A stretch of 64,000 nucleotides of DNA, from contig CAWHPO010000003.1 of the NCBI GenBank assembly GCA_963831285.1, positions 91,401-155,400 on the forward strand, written 5' to 3'. This document shows positions 38,390 through 48,015 of this stretch, in pieces; positions within the stretch are counted from its first letter, which is position 1; each line of letters opens with the position of its first letter. Source of the stretch: an uncultured Gaiellaceae bacterium. GTDB taxonomy: Bacteria; Actinomycetota; Thermoleophilia; Gaiellales; Gaiellaceae. The position numbers were made by a program, and so were the translations under genes. Under the pieces are notes generated by a model. That model saw nothing but the letters and a program-made list of their open reading frames with translations. It was not told the DNA's origin and did not search any database.

Positions 38390-38892
38390 AGCTCCTCCCC
38401 GAGCGCGTCGAGGCCCCGTCGCAGGCGCGAGTTGACCGTCCCTCGCGGCAGGTCGAGCGCCCTCGCGATCTCACCGGGCGTGAAGTCCAACAGGTAGCGC
38501 ATCACGAGCACCGCGCGGTGCTCCGGGGACAGACGCGTGAGGGCCGCAAGCGTCTCGCCGTCGGGTTGAAGCGCGTCGGGTGCCGGTAGAGCGTCGACGA
38601 GCTCCACCTCGCCACGCAGCTTCCGGGCACGCGCCCAGTCGATCGCCCGGTTGACGACGATCCGGTGCAGCCACGGACCGAAGGGGCGCCCGCGATCGAA
38701 GCGATCGAGGGCGCGGATCGCGGCGAGGAACGCCTCCTGGGCGATGTCCTCGGCGGCTCCGGCATCGTGCGTGACGAGGTACGCCGCGCGAAACGCCCGC
38801 GGCCAGTGCGCCCGGAACAGCGCCTCGAGATCCGAGGCCGACCCCAACTGCGCGCCGCGCACGTGGGCGCGCTCGTCCCGACCCGCGCGCAT
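38386..38892 (-). CDS. ECF (group 4) sigma-70 factor
   Basis: Region 2 is DIAQEAFLAAI..FDRGRPFGPWLHRIVVNRAIDW. Region 4 is LSPEHRAVLVMRYLLDFTPGEIARALDLPRGTVNSRLRRG. Confidence 0.85.
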   Translation of the reverse strand: MRAGRDERAHVRGAQLGSASDLEALFRAHWPRAFRAAYLVTHDAGAAEDIAQEAFLAAIRALDRFDRGRPFGPWLHRIVVNRAIDWARARKLRGEVELVDALPAPDALQPDGETLAALTRLSPEHRAVLVMRYLLDFTPGEIARALDLPRGTVNSRLRRGLDALGEEL

Positions 38893-39002
38893 CGCCTGCC
38901 CAGAGTACGACGGAACCCGTCCGAGAGGTCCATGTCGACAGTACGTCCGGCGGCGCCCCACAGGTCCGGGACCTCGTGGGACGCCTCGGACGTACCAGGA
39001 GC

Positions 39003-39968
39003 ATGGACAGACGTCGCTTCCTCGTCGCCGGAGCAGCCGCGCCGCTGGCGCTCGCGTTCGAACCGCTCGCGCGGGCCGCGCCACGGGCAGGGTCGCCGGT
39101 CGCGCTCGTGACCGCCGATCTCGAGAGCCACGTCGTCGTCTTCGGCCTTCCCGACGGCCCGGTCCTGCGGAGGATCGCGACGAGGCCGGGCCCGCGCAGC
39201 ATCGAGAGCGGCGGCCATCCGCTCGCGGTCGTCGCCCATACGCAGCACGGCGTGGTCTCGCTCCTCGGCGGCTCGCCCCTCGACGTCTGGAAGGAGCTGG
39301 ACGAGTTCGCCGAGCCGCGCTATACGGCCGTCCATCCCTCGGGCGCGCTCGCCTACGTGACCGACTCCGGGAGTCGGGAGGTCGTCGCAGTCGACCTCAC
39401 GCACGGGCGCGTTCTCGCCAGGGTCGCGGTGCCGGGACCCGCGCGGCACGTCTCGCTGAGCCCGAACGGACGAGCGCTCTGGACGTCGCTGGGCTCCACC
39501 GCACGCGAGGTCGCGGTCCTCGACACGAGCGAGCCACGGCGGCCGCGGCTCGTGACGACGATCGTGCCGCCGTTCCTCGCGCACGACGTCGTCTTCTCCC
39601 GCGACGGGAGGAAGGTCTGGGTGACGTCCGGTTCGGAGCGTCGCGTTGCCCTCTACCGGCAGGAGTCGAGCCGCCCCGCGCGGATCGTCGCCGCCGACGC
39701 CGCGCCCCAGCACGTCGCCTTCGGCCGGAGCGACGTGTTCGTCGCGAGCGGCGACGACGGCACCGTGCGCCGGCATCGCCCCGACGGTGAGCTTCTCGGC
39801 CGCGTCCGCGTCCCGCTCGACTCCTACAACGTCACCTTCGGCTGGGGCAGCGCCGTCACCCCGTCGCTCGGCCGCGGGACGCTGAGCGTCCTCGACGGCA
39901 GCGGCCGCGTCCGTGACGTCCACCGCATCGCGAAGGCGGCCCACGACGCGTGCATCGTGCGCGCCTAA
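39003..39968 (+). CDS. Tat-signal beta-propeller protein (YncE/YVTN-like)
   Basis: MDRRRFLVAGAAAPLALA is a twin-arginine signal. Repeated blades include YVTDSGSREVVAVDL and VWVTSGSERRVALY. Confidence 0.65.
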   Translation: MDRRRFLVAGAAAPLALAFEPLARAAPRAGSPVALVTADLESHVVVFGLPDGPVLRRIATRPGPRSIESGGHPLAVVAHTQHGVVSLLGGSPLDVWKELDEFAEPRYTAVHPSGALAYVTDSGSREVVAVDLTHGRVLARVAVPGPARHVSLSPNGRALWTSLGSTAREVAVLDTSEPRRPRLVTTIVPPFLAHDVVFSRDGRKVWVTSGSERRVALYRQESSRPARIVAADAAPQHVAFGRSDVFVASGDDGTVRRHRPDGELLGRVRVPLDSYNVTFGWGSAVTPSLGRGTLSVLDGSGRVRDVHRIAKAAHDACIVRA

Positions 39969-39977
39969 GGGAGGAAC

Positions 39978-40814
39978 CATGAAGAGACCCGTGTCTCCTG
40001 CTCTCTTCCGCCGCGGTCCTGGCGGCGTGTGCGGCGGTGTCCGCAGCCGCCGACGGAGGTCCTTCGCCGGGCGTGTCCTTCGGTTGGAACGGCGTGCTCG
40101 CGCCGGGTCACGAGGTGCGCTACGTGGCGATCCCGAGCCGCGACGCGACGGTCGTCGAGGCGGTCCGCGTCCTCGGCGGACGCATCCTTCGGTGGAACAC
40201 CGTCCCCGGCGCCTTCGGCATCCCGAACGTCGCGTGGGTCGGCTCCGCCGAGCGGGCTCTCAGTGGACGGCAAGACGCTCGTGCTCGCGTCGCAGGCGCC
40301 GCGAGCGATTCACGCGACGACGCGGTTCCTGCTGCTGAAGACGCGGACGCTCCGCGCAGCGCCGATGATCGCGCTTCGCGGGTCGTACTCGTTCGACGCG
40401 CTCTCCCCGGACGCCTCGACCCTCTATCTCATCCAGTACACGTCGGGACAGGACTACACGCGCTACCGCGTGCGGGCGTACGACCTGACGAAGCGGCAGC
40501 TCGTGCCGGGCGCGATCGTCGATCGGCGCGAGCCCGACGAGCTCATGACCGGTGGCCCGGTCACACGGGCGACGACCCCCGACGGCCGCTGGGCATACAC
40601 GCTGTACGCACGCGAGGGGCAGGCGCCGTTCGTCCACGCCCTCGACACGGTCGAGCGCCGGGCCTATTGCATCGACCTGCCGCTCCCGGGGAACCAGCAA
40701 TGGCAGATGACGCTCCGCCTCGCCTTCCATGGGCCGAGCGAGCTCCGCGTGCGCGCGGGCCACAAGACGCTCGCGGTGGTGGATACGGAGAAGCTGGAGG
40801 CGCGGCGGCGCTAG
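39978..40814 (+). CDS. Secreted hypothetical protein with two compensating apparent frameshifts (about 40008 and 40250)
   Basis: The RBS AAGGGAGGA precedes MKRPVSPALF. The next frame reads AAVLAACAAVSAAADGGPSPGVSFGWNGV...VAWVGSAE. The following frame reads GLSVDGKTLVLAS...TPDGRWAYTLY... Confidence 0.55.
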   Translation, partial: HEETRVSCSLPPRSWRRVRRCPQPPTEVLRRACPSVGTACSRRVTRCATWRSRAATRRSSRRSASSADASFGGTPSPAPSASRTSRGSAPPSGLSVDGKTLVLASQAPRAIHATTRFLLLKTRTLRAAPMIALRGSYSFDALSPDASTLYLIQYTSGQDYTRYRVRAYDLTKRQLVPGAIVDRREPDELMTGGPVTRATTPDGRWAYTLYAREGQAPFVHALDTVERRAYCIDLPLPGNQQWQMTLRLAFHGPSELRVRAGHKTLAVVDTEKLEARRR

Positions 40815-40888
40815 AGGGGTACCGGCCTCGACTCGGCGTTGCAAGTCCGAGTCAGCGGGGTAGGGAGACCCTCCGAAAGGAGGTTTCC

Positions 40889-41080
40889 ATGGCAGATCCA
40901 ACCCCAGTAGGAAGCGACGTCTCGGCCGGCACGTACCGCTGCACGAATTGCGGCTACGAGCTCGGTGTGCAATCCGTGCAGTCTCTCCCGCCGTGTCCGA
41001 AGTGCGAGGGACCGTACGGATGGGAGGCCCTGAGCGGAGGAGACAGCACGAAGGATCCCTACCCCACCGAGTCGTCCTGA
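40889..41080 (+). CDS. Small zinc-ribbon protein
   Basis: The RBS AAGGAGG precedes MADPTPVGSDVSAGTYRCTNCGYELGVQSVQSLPPCPKCEG. Confidence 0.7.
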   Translation: MADPTPVGSDVSAGTYRCTNCGYELGVQSVQSLPPCPKCEGPYGWEALSGGDSTKDPYPTESS

Positions 41081-41089
41081 CGTAAGACC

Positions 41090-41117
41090 GGGGTGAGGTC
41101 GTCTCAGACCTCACCCC
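41090..41117 (+). terminator. Perfect 11 bp stem hairpin after the zinc-ribbon gene
   Basis: GGGGTGAGGTC-GTCTCA-GACCTCACCCC, with no clear T-tract. Confidence 0.4.
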
Positions 41118-41210
41118 TCACGACCTCGGGACGTGGGCTCGGGGCACGACGAACGGGCCGTGCACAGCCGCGTCGCGCATGGAACCCGGCCGGTGGGGGA
41201 AACACCAGGC

Positions 41211-42181
41211 GTGCTCAGCGCCTTTCGATTCGACGCCCAGCAGTCGGAGCGTGTGGAGGAGTGGGAAGCCGCATGCGAACGACTGGACGACGACCAGCTG
41301 CTCTGGCTCGCGCTCCGCGACCCGTCGGACGAGGAGGAGACGGCTGTCGTCGGATGCGCTCGAGCTCGGCGACGAGCTTGCGCGTCGTCTACGCGACTCG
41401 CCGGAACGCGCCTCGGTTGCCGATGACGGAACGCACCTGTACGTGACGCTGGTCGCCGTCGCAGGCGACGAGGACGCGCCCGTTCTCCGCCCCGTCGAGT
41501 GCGTCCTCGGCGAGAACTGGGTCGTCACCGCCCATGAGGACGAGATCACGGTGCTGGAGGAGTTCCTCGAGCGCGCCGAGGGCGGCGGTGAGGTCGGCGC
41601 GCTCGACGCTCCCTCGTTCGTGGCCGCGGTCTGCGAGTGGGTGATCGCCAGCTACCTGCGCGCCTTCGAGGCGGTCGAGAGCGAGCTCGAGGAGCTGGAC
41701 GCCAAGGTGATATCGCAGACCCCGAGCAGAGACGTCTCCGGCGACCTCAGCAGGCTGGTCGAGCTGCGGCGCAGGATCGGGTCGCTGCGACGCGCGCTTG
41801 CCCCGCACCGCGAGGTCGTTTCCTCCCTGGCGCACCCCGAGCTCGACGCGCTCTCGTCCGAGCTCTCCGGGCGAGCTCTTCGCCAACCTCGAACGCCGTG
41901 TCACGCAGGCGCTCGACGCCGCCCGTGACACCAAGGAGTCGACCTTCGGCTCGTTCGATCTCCTCGTCGCACGGATCGGTCAGCGCACGAACGAGATCAT
42001 GAAAGTGCTCACGCTCGGCACCGTCATCCTGCTGCCCGCGACGGTGCTCGGCGGCATCATGGGAATGAACTTCAAGGTCGGCCTCTTCGAGTACACGTGG
42101 CTGTACTGGGTGGTGATCGCGGCGATGCTCGCGATCGCCCTCCTGGTGCTGGCGGTCGCCCGCGTGCGCCACTGGATCTGA
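41211..42181 (+). CDS. corA: CorA-family Mg2+/Co2+ transporter with two apparent frameshifts (about 41350 and 41870)
   Basis: Three frame segments join as VLSAFRFDAQ...EEETAVV / DALELGDELARRL...SSELSG / ELFANLERRV...LPATVLGGIMGMNF (GMN motif) with two C-terminal TM helices. Confidence 0.8.
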
Positions 42182-42335
42182 GAGAGGCCCGAGCCAGCCG
42201 GCTCGCAGCCCGGAATCTGCTCGGTCCGGATGCCCGGAGGCGGGAGCAGGACGGTCCATGAAGCCGCGAGCGGCGGGTTGTTTGGCGTCTCGCGGCAGGG
42301 GAACCTCCCTGTCCAACCCGCCGCTCGAAAGGAGC

Positions 42336-42857
42336 ATGCAGATGCCGGCCAAGACGACCGAGACGCGCTCAGGTGGCGCTGTCGCAGAAGTGAAGGAGAA
42401 GGGCGCAGAGCTTGCGTCCACCACCCAGGAACAGATTTCGACGAAGGCTCATGAGCTCGGCGAGGAGGCTGGATTCCAGGTCCGCGAGCAGCTCGACCAG
42501 CGCTCGACGCAGGCAGGCGAGCAGGTTCAGGCAGTCGGGAGCGCGCTGCAGTCCGGAGTCGAGCAGCTTCGTACCGAGGGCAAGGACGTGCCGGCGAAGA
42601 TGGTCGCGGAGATCGCTCGGCGGGCCGACGACCTCGGCGGCTATCTCAAGTCCGCGCAGTCCGACCAGATCCTCGCGGACCTCGAGAGCTTCGCGCGCCG
42701 CCGCCCCTGGCTCACGGCGGGAGCCGGCGTGCTCGGCGGCTTCGTCGCGTCGCGCTTCGTCAAGGCCTCGGCCGATCGGCGGTACGCGGAGCAGCGGAGC
42801 ACCTCCGGCGGACATGCGTATCAGAGCCAGCGAAGCCTGCCTGCCGGAGGCGCGTAG
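42336..42857 (+). CDS. Hypothetical coiled-coil membrane-anchored protein
   Basis: MQMPAKTTE... is Gln/Glu rich, with a C-terminal TM segment WLTAGAGVLGGFVASRF. It is the first gene of a three-gene cluster. Confidence 0.55.
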   Translation: MQMPAKTTETRSGGAVAEVKEKGAELASTTQEQISTKAHELGEEAGFQVREQLDQRSTQAGEQVQAVGSALQSGVEQLRTEGKDVPAKMVAEIARRADDLGGYLKSAQSDQILADLESFARRRPWLTAGAGVLGGFVASRFVKASADRRYAEQRSTSGGHAYQSQRSLPAGGA

Positions 42858-43298
42858 ATGGCAAGCGTCAACGGGCCGAGCCTCCGGCAGCGCTCGACCG
42901 TCGGGCTCGTCAAAGACCTCACACAGCAGGCGAGCACGCTCGTTCACCAGGAGGTCGAGCTCGTCAAGCTCGAGGTGCACGAGAACATCGAGCTCGCCAA
43001 GCAGGAGCTGGCGGAGAAGGGAAAGAGAGCCGGGATCGGCGCGGCAGCCCTCGCGGCCGCCGGTGCCGCCGTGCTCCTTGCTCTCGGCGCATTCACCGCG
43101 TTCCTCGTGCTCGCGCTCGACGGGGTCATGCCCAACTGGCTCGCGGCGCTGTGTGCCGCCCTGCTGTGGGTCGTCGTCGCGATTCCGCTCGCGCTGTACG
43201 GCCGCAAGAAGATCGACGAGATCGGCACTCCGGTGCCCACACGGACAATCGAGGCAGTGAAGGAGGACGTGGAATGGCTCAGACATCAGAAGAGCTGA
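42858..43298 (+). CDS. Holin-X / DUF1469-like membrane protein
   Basis: Two TM helices follow an amphipathic N-terminus (LVHQEVELVKLEV). Confidence 0.55.
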   Translation: MASVNGPSLRQRSTVGLVKDLTQQASTLVHQEVELVKLEVHENIELAKQELAEKGKRAGIGAAALAAAGAAVLLALGAFTAFLVLALDGVMPNWLAALCAALLWVVVAIPLALYGRKKIDEIGTPVPTRTIEAVKEDVEWLRHQKS

Positions 43299-43816
43299 AG
43301 CGGGAGATCGGGGAGACGCGCGAGCAGATGGCCGAGACGGCCGACGCGCTGTCCTACAAGGCCGACGTGCCGACGAGGACGAAGGACTGGGTCGGCGCGA
43401 AGAAGGACGCGATCGTCGGGACGGTCAGCGGCGTCTCGTCCAAGGTCGGGGATGCCACTCCCGACGGGTCGGACGTCACGCGCAGCGCAGGCCGCATGAA
43501 GCGCCTCGCCGAGCGGAATCCGGTCGGCCTGGCGATCGGCGGGGCCGCCGTCGGGTTCATCGCCGGCTTGCTGGCGCCGTCGACCCGGGTCGAGGACGAA
43601 CGGATCGGGCCGATGGCCGACGACGTCAAGGCCTCGGCCGTCGAAGCTGGCCGCGAGGCCGTCGAGCGCGGGAAGGACGTCGTGCAGGAGGCAGGCAGCG
43701 CGGCGCTCGACACGGCGAAGGAGCGTGGCCGGGAGCAGGGCGAGGAGCTCTCGGAGAGCCTGCAGGAGAAGGCCCGTGACCTCGCACCCGCGAACCCCTC
43801 CGGCGGGCAGCCGTAG
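43274..43816 (+). CDS. DUF3618-like protein
   Basis: MAQTSEELKREIGETREQMAETADALSYKA..., with a central TM segment NPVGLAIGGAAVGFIAGLL. Confidence 0.6.
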   Translation: MAQTSEELKREIGETREQMAETADALSYKADVPTRTKDWVGAKKDAIVGTVSGVSSKVGDATPDGSDVTRSAGRMKRLAERNPVGLAIGGAAVGFIAGLLAPSTRVEDERIGPMADDVKASAVEAGREAVERGKDVVQEAGSAALDTAKERGREQGEELSESLQEKARDLAPANPSGGQP

Positions 43817-43894
43817 TCCGAAGTCGGTGTAGCTCCGGTCATCGCCGCAGCACGCGGCCGGTGACCGGAGCTGCGCTGCGACATCGCCTAGCGG

Positions 43895-45097
43895 CTACGC
43901 AGGCACGGGGAGCGCCTCGGTGGCCTTCGAGATCTCGCGCGCGACCTCCACGATGTCGTGGTTCGCGTTGTAGATGCGCAGCTGGCGATCCGAGGACGAG
44001 CCGCGGCCGAGGATCGCCAGCACGCCCTCGAGCTCGCGCTCCGAGCCGAGCTCGCGCGCGTGCGGGCGGAGCTCGGAGACCGTTCGCCTGATCATGCGTG
44101 CGACCGGAATCCGGATCCGGCTCGCGCCGGCGAGATCCATCACCGGCGCCTCGAGCCCGTAGCGGGCGGCGAGCCACTTGTTCTCGCTCGTGAGGATGCG
44201 GTGGTACGAGGGGATCTCCTGTCCGGTCTCGTAGCGCTCGCACAGCTGCTTCACGAGCGCCTGGCAGTACGCGGCGATGGCGACCGCGTCCTCGACGCGC
44301 GTCACGGCGTCGCAGATGCGGATCTCGATCGTCCCGAGCCGCGGATGCAGGCGGATGTCCCACCAGATGTGCGTGTAGTCGGCGATGCACCCCGAGTGCT
44401 CGAGCTGCCCGACGACGGCCGCGTAGTCGGCGTAGTCGTTGAATCGCGGCGGTGGCCCCGAGCGGGGAAAGGCGGAGAAGACCATCTGCCGGCTCGAGGC
44501 GAGCCCCGTTCGCTCTCCGCGCCAGAAGGGGGAGCTCGCCGAGAGCGCGAGGAGCGGCGCCAGGTGCGGCAGCAGGCCGTTGACGACCTGGATCGCCTTC
44601 TCGGGATCGTCGACGGCAACGTGGACGTGCATCCCGAAGATGAGCTCGCGCCTCGCGACGTACTGCAGCTGGTCGATGAGCGCGCGGTAGCGGTCCTTCG
44701 CCGTGATGCGCTGACGCTCGAAGAGGCTGAAGGGATGCGTCCCGGCCGAGCCCACCCGGGTCCCCTGCTCGCGGGCGATCTCGGTGACGTAGCCGCGGAG
44801 CTTCGTCAGCCAGCGCATCACGTCGCCTGCGTTGTGACACACCGGCGTCGCGATCTCGAGCACCGACTGCATGAGCTCGGCGTTGATCCGCGCCTCGAGC
44901 TCGTGCCCCGTCATGGCCGCGAGCATCGTCTCGATGTGCTGGACGAGGTCGTACGTCTCGGGGTCGAGCAGCTGGTACTCCTCCTCGACGCCGAGCGTGT
45001 ACGGGTCGCCCTGGCCGAAGGCGTGGTCGAGCACGCTGCCGGCCGGCTCCGAGCCGTTGCCCGTGATGGAGGAGGGGAACGCTTGCTTACCGCTCAC
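43895..45097 (-). CDS. ybdK: Carboxylate-amine ligase (glutamate--cysteine ligase family 2)
   Basis: LGVEEEYQLLD, GTHPF and FGMHVHV motifs. The GTG at 45097 overlaps the ridA TGA. Confidence 0.85.
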   Translation of the reverse strand: MSGKQAFPSSITGNGSEPAGSVLDHAFGQGDPYTLGVEEEYQLLDPETYDLVQHIETMLAAMTGHELEARINAELMQSVLEIATPVCHNAGDVMRWLTKLRGYVTEIAREQGTRVGSAGTHPFSLFERQRITAKDRYRALIDQLQYVARRELIFGMHVHVAVDDPEKAIQVVNGLLPHLAPLLALSASSPFWRGERTGLASSRQMVFSAFPRSGPPPRFNDYADYAAVVGQLEHSGCIADYTHIWWDIRLHPRLGTIEIRICDAVTRVEDAVAIAAYCQALVKQLCERYETGQEIPSYHRILTSENKWLAARYGLEAPVMDLAGASRIRIPVARMIRRTVSELRPHARELGSERELEGVLAILGRGSSSDRQLRIYNANHDIVEVAREISKATEALPVPA

Positions 45098-45472
45098 AGG
45101 ATCGCCTCGACCTCGATCTCGATCTTCCAGCGCGTGTCGAGCAGGCTCGCGAGGACGGTGGTGTTGGCCGGGACGCACGTCGCCGAAGACCTCCGCGTGG
45201 GCTCGCGCGAACTCGTCGAAGTCGGAGGCGTCGGTCAGGTAGACGCGGGTGCGCACGACGTTCTCGAGGCTCGTCCCCGCCCGCTCGAGCGCCGTGCCGA
45301 CGAGCTCGAGGCAGAGCCGCGTCTGGTCGTAGACCCCCTCGGGCGGCGGCGAGCCGTCGGGCGGGTTCGCGGCGGTGCCCGAGACGTGCACCCTGTCGCC
45401 CGCGACGACCGCCCGCGAGTACCCGACGATCGGCTCGTATGCGCCCGTCCCCGCGATGTTTCGGCGCTCCAT
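45094..45472 (-). CDS. ridA: RidA family protein with an apparent frameshift near 45166-45174
   Basis: MERRNIAGTGAYEPIVGYSRAVVAGDRVHVSGT...VRTRVYLTD.. runs to FGDVRP. The reading then continues in the next frame as ANTTVLASLLDTRWKIEIEVEAIL*. Confidence 0.75.
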
Positions 45473-45494
45473 GAGGCAATTAGTATCGCCGCGC

Positions 45495-46299
45495 GTGCAG
45501 GCGCTTCGCCAGATCGACGACTGGCCGGTCGAGTTCGCCGCCGCGGGGGTGATCGACGCGGAGGGCCGCATCTCGACCCGCGGAGAGGCCGGGAGGAGCG
45601 TCCCGCTCGCGTCGGTGACGAAGCCGGTCGCCGCCCTCGCGCTGCTCGTGGCGGCCGAGGAGGGCGTCGTCGACCTCGACGAGCCGGCGGGTCCGCCCGG
45701 CTCGACCGTCCGCCACCTGCTCGCCCACACGTCCGGGCTGCCGTTCGAGGGGACGACGCCGATCTCACGTCCCGGGCGCAGGCGCATCTACTCCAACGAG
45801 GCGTTCCGCGTGCTCGCCGAGCTCCTCTCGGAGTCGCGCGCAGATGCCGTTCTCGGAGTACGTCCGCCAGGCCGTCGTCGCCCCGCTCGGCATCGGGCTC
45901 GAACCGGCGGGCGATCCGGGCTCGGGCATGAGCGCCTCGCTCGAGGACGTGCTCGCCGTCGGCCGGGAGCTCCTCTCGCCGCGGCTCGTCGCCGAGGAGA
46001 CGCGCGACGAGATGGTGAGCGTCCAGTTCCCGGGCCTCGCCGGCGTGCTCCCCGACCACGGGCGCTTCGACCCGCTCGACTGGGGGCTCGGGGTGCAGCT
46101 GAACACGCGCCCGCCGTCGTGGATGGGGGAGAGGACGTCGCTCCGCACCGTCGGGCACTTCGGGGGGTCGGGGACGTTCGTGTGGGGCGATCCGGAGGCG
46201 CGGGTCGTCTGTGCCGCTCTCACCACGCGCGAGTTCGGTGCGTGGGCGAAGGACGCGTGGCCGCGCTTCGCCGACGCGGTGCTGGGCGAGCTCGGCTGA
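45495..46299 (+). CDS. Serine hydrolase (beta-lactamase/transpeptidase-like fold) with an apparent frameshift near 45835-45845
   Basis: An SVTK motif, with LLAHTSGL. The second half begins MPFSEYVRQAV in the next frame. Confidence 0.7.
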
Positions 46300-46300
46300 G

Positions 46301-46369
46301 TTAGAGCTCGATTCAGAACGAGCAGCCATGTCGCCGGGCGACGGGTGATGATTCTGAACCGAGCTCTTA
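46301..46369. terminator. Long inverted repeat between convergent genes
   Basis: TTAGAGCTCGATTCAGAA ... TTCTGAACCGAGCTCTTA has 16 of 18 positions complementary, with an inner GTCGCC-GG-GCGAC hairpin. The right arm contains the TAA stop of the cNMP-binding gene. Confidence 0.4.
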
Positions 46370-46765
46370 GGCAGCGTCGCCGACGCCGACGCCGTCGTCG
46401 GCGAAGAGCGGGCGGATGAGCTCGTCGAACGTCGCCTCGTCGCAGCTCGCGACGACGCACGGCGTCATGGCGGTCACCGTCGCGGTTCGCGGGACGCGCA
46501 TCGCGAGCGCGACCTCGCCGAAGAACTCGCCCGCCTTCAGCACGCGTCGCTCGCCGAGCCCCGACTGCGAGACGCCGGCGAGCCCGGCCAGGAGCACGAA
46601 GAAGCGATCTCCGGGGTCGCCCTCGCGAACGAGGACCGTGCCCGACTGAACCTCGTCGCGCTGCATCCGCTCGGCCAGCTTCCCGAGCGTCTCGCCTGCG
46701 AGATCGGCGAACAGACCGACCCGCGCGAGCTCGGTGACCGAGGCTGGAACGTGTCGCGGAGACAC
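46367..46765 (-). CDS. Cyclic nucleotide-binding domain protein
   Basis: GDPGDRFFVLLAG...FFGEVAL...RTATV, the canonical cNMP-binding cassette. Confidence 0.75.
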   Translation of the reverse strand: MSPRHVPASVTELARVGLFADLAGETLGKLAERMQRDEVQSGTVLVREGDPGDRFFVLLAGLAGVSQSGLGERRVLKAGEFFGEVALAMRVPRTATVTAMTPCVVASCDEATFDELIRPLFADDGVGVGDAA

Positions 46766-46782
46766 GTGAGTACCGTACCCGC

Positions 46783-47307
46783 GTGGCCGTCCTCGCAGGC
46801 TGGCAGGTGTGCCCTCGCTGCGGCTCTCCGCTCGCGAACGACGGGTCCAAGGTCGAGTGCGCGTCCTGCGGCCTCGTCCACTACGCGAATCCGGCTCCCG
46901 CGGTCTCGGCCGTCGTCGTGGACGGCGCCGGCAACGTGCTGCTCGCGCGGCGCGCCCACGATCCCGACGCCGGGCTCTGGGACACGCTCGGCGGGTTCCT
47001 CGACGTCGGGGAGGAGCCCGAGGCGGGCCTGCGGCGCGAGCTCCGCGAGGAGGCCGGCGTGGAGATCGTGCTCGGCGAGCTGGTCACGATGTACGTCGAC
47101 CGCTACGGCGACGACGCGGATGCGCCGCCGCTTCTCGTCCTGCTCTGGGAGGCGACGATCGCGAGCGGCGAGCCGGAGCCCGCGGACGACGTCGCCGAGC
47201 TTCGCTGGTTTCCCCGCTCCGCGCTCCCGCCGCCGGAGGAGATCGCGTTCCACGCTCTCCCGTCCGTGCTGGCCGGCTGGGCCGCAAGCGAGCCACCCCT
47301 CGCGTAG
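46783..47307 (+). CDS. NUDIX hydrolase with an N-terminal zinc ribbon (NudC-like)
   Basis: CPRCGSPL...CASCG, then the Nudix box GGFLDVGEEPEAGLRRELREEAGV. Confidence 0.8.
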   Translation: MAVLAGWQVCPRCGSPLANDGSKVECASCGLVHYANPAPAVSAVVVDGAGNVLLARRAHDPDAGLWDTLGGFLDVGEEPEAGLRRELREEAGVEIVLGELVTMYVDRYGDDADAPPLLVLLWEATIASGEPEPADDVAELRWFPRSALPPPEEIAFHALPSVLAGWAASEPPLA

Positions 47308-47385
47308 GGGCGAGAAATATCTCGCCGCTACGAGCTCGCGGGCGCCGTCTCTCCGTGGGTAGGGGCGAGACATATCTCGCCCGAC
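47304..47385. repeat. Two REP-like palindromes 55 bp apart
   Basis: GTAGGGGCGAGAAATATCTCGCCGCTAC (47304-47331) and GTAGGGGCGAGACATATCTCGCCCGAC (47359-47385). Confidence 0.75.
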
Positions 47386-47449
47386 GAACGCAGCCTCGAT
47401 GCGACGCAGCCCCGTCCGCGCACCGCATCGAGCCTCCAGACGCACCAAA

Positions 47450-47475
47450 GGGCCGGATGAACCGGCCCTTCGGTT
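47450..47475. terminator. Rho-independent-type terminator hairpin
   Basis: GGGCCGG-ATGAA-CCGGCCC followed by TTCGGTT. The complement is followed by TTTGG. Confidence 0.5.
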
Positions 47476-47590
47476 AGGGGAGGGGGAGGGGGAAGCCTCG
47501 AATGCACGCGAACGTGCAGGTTTCTTCCTATCAGGTTACGCCCCGCGAGGGAAGTGCCGTCGAGCGATTTCTTAGGCTCTCGAGCGATTC

Positions 47591-47917
47591 CTAGGCCGCG
47601 AAGCCGAGCGAGCGCTCGAGCTGCGACTTCGGCTGCGCGCCTACGGCCGCCGCGGCAGGCTCGCCGTCCTTGAAGAGGATCATCGTCGGGATGGACATGA
47701 CGCCGTACTTCATGGACAGGCCCTGCTCCTCGTCGATGTTGACCTTCACGAGCTTGACCTCGTCCTTGCGCTCCTCGACGATCTTCTCGAGGACGGGCGA
47801 GACGGCGTGGCAGGGCCCGCACCACTCGGCCCAGAAGTCGACGATGACGGGTGTCTCGCTCTTCAGGACCTCGTCCTCGAAGGTCGCTTCCGTGACGTCA
47901 AGTGTCATGAGACTCAT
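47591..47917 (-). CDS. trxA: Thioredoxin
   Basis: 108 aa with WAEWCGPCH. Confidence 0.95.
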   Translation of the reverse strand: MSLMTLDVTEATFEDEVLKSETPVIVDFWAEWCGPCHAVSPVLEKIVEERKDEVKLVKVNIDEEQGLSMKYGVMSIPTMILFKDGEPAAAAVGAQPKSQLERSLGFAA

Positions 47918-48015
47918 CGGATCCTTTCATACGTTTCGTTTCCAAACACCTCGTGCTTGAACGACCTCGTTCGCCGGAGTGTTCCCCGGAAGCGCCTTTT
48001 CTAGACTGATCCCGC

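Noticed and set aside
47918-48015. T-box leader upstream of ileS
   Set aside because: The gap is only about 98 nt, and I see no T-box consensus (..GGUGGUACCGCG..) or specifier/antiterminator arrangement.
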